This document shows positions 58,221-64,000 of a stretch of DNA of 64,000 bases, in pieces. The position numbers were made by a program, and so were the translations under genes. Source of the stretch: the human T2T-CHM13v2.0 reference genome, Homo sapiens; assembly GCF_009914755.1 (NCBI RefSeq), contig NC_060928.1; one strand, 5' to 3'. The notes under the pieces are model-generated. The model was not told where the DNA came from. It did no database searches and worked only from the letters and a program-made list of their open reading frames with translations. Within the stretch, counting starts at the first letter, position 1, and each line of letters starts with the position of its first letter.

Positions 58221-59595
58221 TACTTTCTTTTAAAAAGCTTTACTAGAAGCCTCAACCAGTAACTACTACTTCCATCTCATGATCACCCCATGAGCAAGGG
58301 TGTCTGAAAATGCATTATTTTGGCTACACACACTGGAGGCACACATTAAATCGGGGTTCTCTTAGTAAGGAAGAAGGAGAGAATAGCTATTGAATGGGGT
58401 ATTATTTCCATTTGGGCTGGCATAACAAAATACAAGAGGATGGGTAGCTTATAAACAATAGAAATTTATTTCTTACAAAATGATTTCTTTAGAAGGTAAC
58501 ATCCTAATAATTCCTTTACCAAGCTACAGAAAGCAAGCTAAGAGTCTACCAGACACAAAAAAAACCTCACCCAAATAGCTGAGTGTAGCATCCATTCACT
58601 TTGCTTCTTATATCTTATTTCTAAGCTTGAGGCAGAAATGAAAGGTTTGTGCTCGTAAGGCATAGGAGCTACAACCTAGGTTACCTATATTTGGGTAAAA
58701 AAAATAATAAACTCTCTGTCTACTCAACTTTGTTGATTCCATGACTAGATTCCTAGACCAAGAAACACAAAAAGTAAAAATTTAGCTGATTTTAGACCTC
58801 CAAAAAGAGTAAGGAAAATAATTTAGTCATATCTTTCCAAAAAACTATTTGTTAAAGTCTTGAAGGTTGAAAAGCATCATGGAAGACATCTTGAATCGAT
58901 GCATGTTCTTGAAATTGGTCCCTGAGTGTTAGAGGTTCAGATGATTTTATGATTTACATATAAAAAGTGTACTGCAAAGTTAATGGAGCAAGGCTGGATG
59001 GCATGAAGTTTTATATAAAATAAAATACATTTAGCATTCAGGTAAGAGATAATGTATCTATTTCATTAATCAAAGTTACTCCCACAATATATACAGCAGC
59101 ACATAATGAGATCTAATCCACTCACCAAGAATACCAAGATATAAATCTATCAGATAGGTTAGGAGAATGGGCCTCTATTATAAATCAGATGTTAATAGTA
59201 GTTTATGGTTTCTTAAAACACAGGCACTGTTTTTGAACTGATCTAAAGAAACTTGCATGGAAAAATTTGCTTCATAATGATATAAACTGTAATGCTTAGG
59301 GGTCCTGTTCTCTGAGTCATTCTAATTTTGGTTTATATGCTGCTGAATTAAGCATTGCTTCAGAAGAGCGAGTCATGAGACAATGAGCGGGAGATCACGA
59401 CAGGGACACTGGAGGAAAAAGTAACCGGCAGCTTGTCCTGAGGCTCACCTGCTGTACAAGCTTCCACACACCTGCCAGGGAAATTTTAAAATGTTGATTG
59501 TATTCATAAATATATTTCAATGGTTTGACATTTGAAGATACAAAAGTGGAGGCAGGGAAGAATCTCCTTCCTACTCCTGCTCTCAGACACCCCCC

Positions 59596-59752
59596 TTTTT
59601 TTTTTGAGACAGAGTCTCACTCTGACACTCAGTCTGGAATGCAGTGGCACGATCTCGGCTCACTGCAACTTCTGCTCCCTGGGTTCAAATGGTTCTCATG
59701 CCTCAGCCTCCCAAGTAGCTGGAACTACAGGTATGAGCCACCATGCCCAGCC
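59596..59752 (-). mobile_element. Monomer-length Alu fragment
   Basis: Right-arm 3' part joined to a GAGCCACCATGCCCAGCC terminus. Confidence 0.8.
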
Positions 59753-59919
59753 AGCTACCCCTTTCTTAAGGCAACTAATGTTATAAATTGTTAATGTACT
59801 CTCATAACATTGTATTCATGGATGCATGTATGTATTCATGATTTGTTATTCATCTCATTTAGATAAAAAAATTAATTCATATCAACGAAAGGTGAAGAGA
59901 ATTTGCCATTTGGCACAGG

Positions 59920-60770
59920 CCAAAAATTTTGGAGTTATCCTCCCTTTCTTCCTGCATTCCTTCTTCCTTTACTTCCTTCCTTCTTTTTATGCCCTATCTC
60001 AATACATCCCCCATATAATTGGTCTTCCTTTCAAAATATATGTAGATTTCAAATACTCCTCACCACCTACACCTACATCATCCTGGCCCCAGATACCAAC
60101 ATCTCTCACCTGGACTATGTCAACAGCTTGCTTGTGCTTCTCCTTGCTTCCTTCCTTGTCCCCTTTAAAACTAGTGTGGTCCTAAAGCAATCCAAGTCAG
60201 ATCACATCACTCCTCTACTCAGAACTTTCCAATGGCTTCCTACTTTACTTAGAGAAAATATGAAATCCTTACAATGGGCCACACATCCCTTTATCATCTG
60301 GCCCTACATTTCCTTGATCTTACCCATCAACTGCTCTCATCCTCACTCATTCCCCAGTCACACTGTCCTCCTTGCTTTCCTTAAACTTATCAGCCTTACT
60401 CCCATCCCACCAGCTGTTCAGCTGTTTCCTCTGTCTGCAGCCCTTCCCAGCCACCTACATGGATGGTCCCTCACCCCCTTCATCTACTTGTTCAAATGGC
60501 ACCTTCTAGGTGAGGCCTCCCTAACCACCCTGCTTAAAATGTCAGCCTCCACCCCAGCCCCTGTATTTCCCATCCACCTTACCTGGGCTTCATAGCATTT
60601 GATGCCTACTAAAGTACTGTGATTTACTTGCTAGTTTTGTTTATTTGCTGTCTCCCTTCATTCGAATGTGATAACTATGAAGGGAGAGATTTTTGTCCAT
60701 GTGGCTCACAGCTGTGTCCTCAGTGCTCAGAACAATGGCCAGTAAACGTATGTTAAGTGAATAAATTTCA
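59920..60770 (+). mobile_element. L2 (L2a-like) 3' portion
   Basis: CATCTCTCACCTGGACTATG...AAGTCAGATCACATCACTCCTCTACTCAGAAC...CAGTGCTCAGAACAATG. Confidence 0.8.
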
Positions 60771-60990
60771 GACACTCTAGGAAATCTTTCTACTTTCTTT
60801 TGCATAAAACGTTGTTTCTAAATTATCCCTTCCTAGGCCACATACAGAACAAAGTTGACAGTACTCAAAAGTTGGCTGACTACTGTAATAATTCTGTCCC
60901 TACATATTCTCATTCTTGAGAGAAAAGTACATTTGCTTTATTTATGAGGCACAGAGGGTTATTGCTCTGTAATTATGACTACTGAGGACA

Positions 60991-61392
60991 TGTTATGGGT
61001 TGAATTGTGTCCCCTCAAAATCCATATGTTGAACCCTCAGCACCTCAGAATGTGACCTTATTTGGGATAATATTATTGCAGATATAATTAAGATGAGGTC
61101 ATACTAGAGTAGGGCGGGTTCCTAATCCTGTATGACACAGACATACAGACAGAGAGCACCATGTGAAAGACAGATCTACAAACCAAGGAATGCCAAAGAC
61201 TGCCAGCAAATTACCATAAGCTAGGAGAGGGGCATGGAACAGTTTCTCCTTCATAGCCATCAGGAGGAACCACTCCTGCTGACACCTTGACCTCAGACTT
61301 CCAGCCTCCAAAACTGTAAGACAATGAATTTCTGTTGTTTGAGCCACCTGGTTTATGGTACCTTGTTATGGCAGCCCTAGGAAACTAATATA
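60991..61392 (+). mobile_element. MLT1B-like solo LTR
   Basis: TGTTATGGGTTGAATTGTGTCCCC...GTTATGGCAGCCCTAGGAAACTAATATA; TSD GGAC(A/C). Confidence 0.9.
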
Positions 61393-62290
61393 GGACCTAT
61401 GGAACTGTGGCATCTTTTTGTTTTTGTTTACAAGTGGTTCACATAACTGGTGCAGAATACCACTCAACAAACATATCAAATGAGTAATGGGGAAAGATCG
61501 CCATGATCAGCTTCAAGGAGGACGGACAAGGAAGATGGGAAATAGAAAATCAACACTGGACTGTCATTCCCACCAGAGCATTGACCATGTCATTTAATAT
61601 TCAGTTTCCAGCACAGAACCTGATTCTGATTCTCAAGATGCATTTGTTGAGAGAAACTGAATATCGGGCAGAGCAGGCAGCTCTATGCCAAGCAAGAGAT
61701 CTTAGATGGGAGATTGTGGTGCTGGGGAGCTGGTGTTCCCTGATCCATTCACGATGTTTAAGCAACCATTCTGATTTCACATTGCCAGGAGTCTCCCTAC
61801 CAACACGACACCCAGGTTCTGTGTCATTACTTGAGTTTGCTTTTACTTAGGTAGATAGTATGTGGTTTTTAAAGTATATTTCTAGGATTATTGGTAGGAA
61901 CAGATTTATTTTACATTTAAACAGCTGGCTCAATATTCATTTAAACTCAGATGTGTAATTCTGTTGTTAAATTATTGTGTTTCTAAAAACTTCACTTTCT
62001 TAAAGGCTGATGTGAATACAAAACCTTCAGAAAGATTGTTTGAAGCCACAATAGGTGTTCCTAATAGATTGCCTTTCTTGGTTGGTTATTTTACAGTAGA
62101 GGAGAAAATGATGCTATTGTCATGGATTAAAATATCATGTTTTAAATATCATTGCTATTAAATATCAAGGACACAAAAAACCAAAATAGGACAAAGATTT
62201 AGGATAAAAGAAGTGGGATCCAATATAATATTTTTGAAATGTGCTTATTCATTTGAGTTTAGAATGCATGTGTCTGGACAACTCAAGTAA

Positions 62291-62613
<323 letters not shown>

Positions 62614-62749
62614 TCCATCTGAAATACTCTTAAAAAGAAATCGTGACTTTTTATGCCTGAAATTTTTAAATGTCTCTATCGTTCATCTGTGGTTCACTAA
62701 AAAGGGCCATAATTCCCTGATTATCTATATCTTGAGAAGTGTGAAGTGT

Positions 62750-63173
62750 GATCTAGTCGCTCTCCTCCTGACCTGCTGACCAGTGACTGCTTTGACCACC
62801 GAAGTATGGCAGAAGAAATGCCATGCCAGTCTGTCTGGTCCTCTTGGACTCTCAGTTACCATCTGAGAAGTCTGACAGGCCTGCTACCATACATTGAGGA
62901 GACCCTAGGTAGCCACATAGGCTTGAAAAGGGAGAGAGATTGAGAGAAAGAGAGAGATGGCTGGGCCCTTTTCCCATCTCTTCCAGCCCCTAGCCATTTG
63001 AATTATCCCAGACATTGTTGAGCAAAGACAGTCTCCACTGTACCCTGTCCAAATTCTAACCCACAAAATAGACATAATAGACCCAGAGTGAGACATACTA
63101 CTCCTACTAATAAATTGTTTTAAGCCACCAGCATTTGGGGTAGTTTGTTATGCATCAGTAGGTAACTGGGCCA
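62750..63173 (+). mobile_element. MLT1H/G-like LTR
   Basis: GTGACTGCTTTGACC...TATGGCAGAAG; TTGTTTTAAGCCACCAGCATTTGGGGTAGTTTGTTATGCATCAGTAGGTAACTGG. Confidence 0.7.
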
Positions 63174-64000
63174 TCATCTTTCTCATATAGATAGCTTCAG
63201 ATGAGATCTTGTAACTTCCCAGGTGTTCTCTTTATGACATCTAATAATACCTCCAGTCTTCAGAATTGGAATTTCTTCTTGAGTTATATTATGCTTTCCA
63301 GCCCAGCATATACTGATTAATTTCTTGTCACTCAGAAATCATCTGTTCAAACTATTGATATTATTTACTTGAAACCAAAGGTGCCAAAACACTATTTTGT
63401 ATACTTTTTCTCTTGGTATGGCATGAGTATTATGCTCACTAAATTATTTAAAAGAAAGTACGTGCATCTGATATGAAGATTTTCTTTTAATTGATACTAG
63501 GAAAAAGTAGACTTCTCATTAGCATAAACAGTTTTCCAGTGTCTCTTGTAATAGAAATTGCAGTTGGCTCCCAAGAAGTGTAATATAGTATGTGTTGATA
63601 AACATGATGAGCAACTGGACTTGCTACCCTCTTTATATGGCCACCAGAAACTATATAATGTGCTTCATAAATGTTTGGCACATATTAAATTCTCAAAAAT
63701 GCTACTTTTTACCATTTCTCCCTTCTTTTTCTTTTTTGCTGCTATGTAACATTTAAACCTTTGAAAACCCAATGCTGGTTAAAACCATAGTCTATTGCGC
63801 GTATGTGTTTTAACCATTTGCAAGGTGAGTTTTAAAAAGCAACCATTTTCGTGGCTAGCAGTTAAAGAGAAATTAGAGGTACAGTATAGTATTAAAGGTA
63901 ATAGATTTGCAAAGTTCCTCTAGCATTTTGCATTTAGAGGGCTTGCATCAGAAGCTTCCATTGAAGTCAATTCATTTTCCTTTTAAAAGAGATGTATTTA

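Noticed and set aside
59903-60595. Longest ORF in the window (230 aa)
   Set aside because: Lies within the pyrimidine-rich L2 3' region, has no ATG start and no recognisable domain.

Overview
Primate (human-like) non-coding DNA that is mostly interspersed repeats. I find no intact cellular protein-coding gene; the ORF-track entries are Alu, L1, ERV or chance frames. Main contents: a near full-length L1PA7/8-like LINE-1 with an RT-core deletion and three nested Alus (3.1-9.4 kb); a 4.3-kb two-LTR HERV-H provirus with a tRNA-Phe rather than tRNA-His primer site and an in-frame protease-RNase H fusion (18.1-22.4 kb); an MST (MaLR) element shaped like an L1-retroposed R-to-R polyadenylated transcript (24.4-27.2 kb); a full-length processed RPS23 pseudogene split by two Alus and missed by the ORF track (35.2-36.3 kb); a heavily nested L1MB (36.3-40.4 kb); and a short young L1 with a probable 3' transduction (48.8-49.0 kb). 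There are also about 30 Alus plus solo LTRs, L2, MIR and MER102. Subfamily names come from recalled consensus motifs, not a database run, and boundaries of ancient repeats are approximate. I see no evidence for a new multi-gene system; the novelty here is unusual retrotransposition history.
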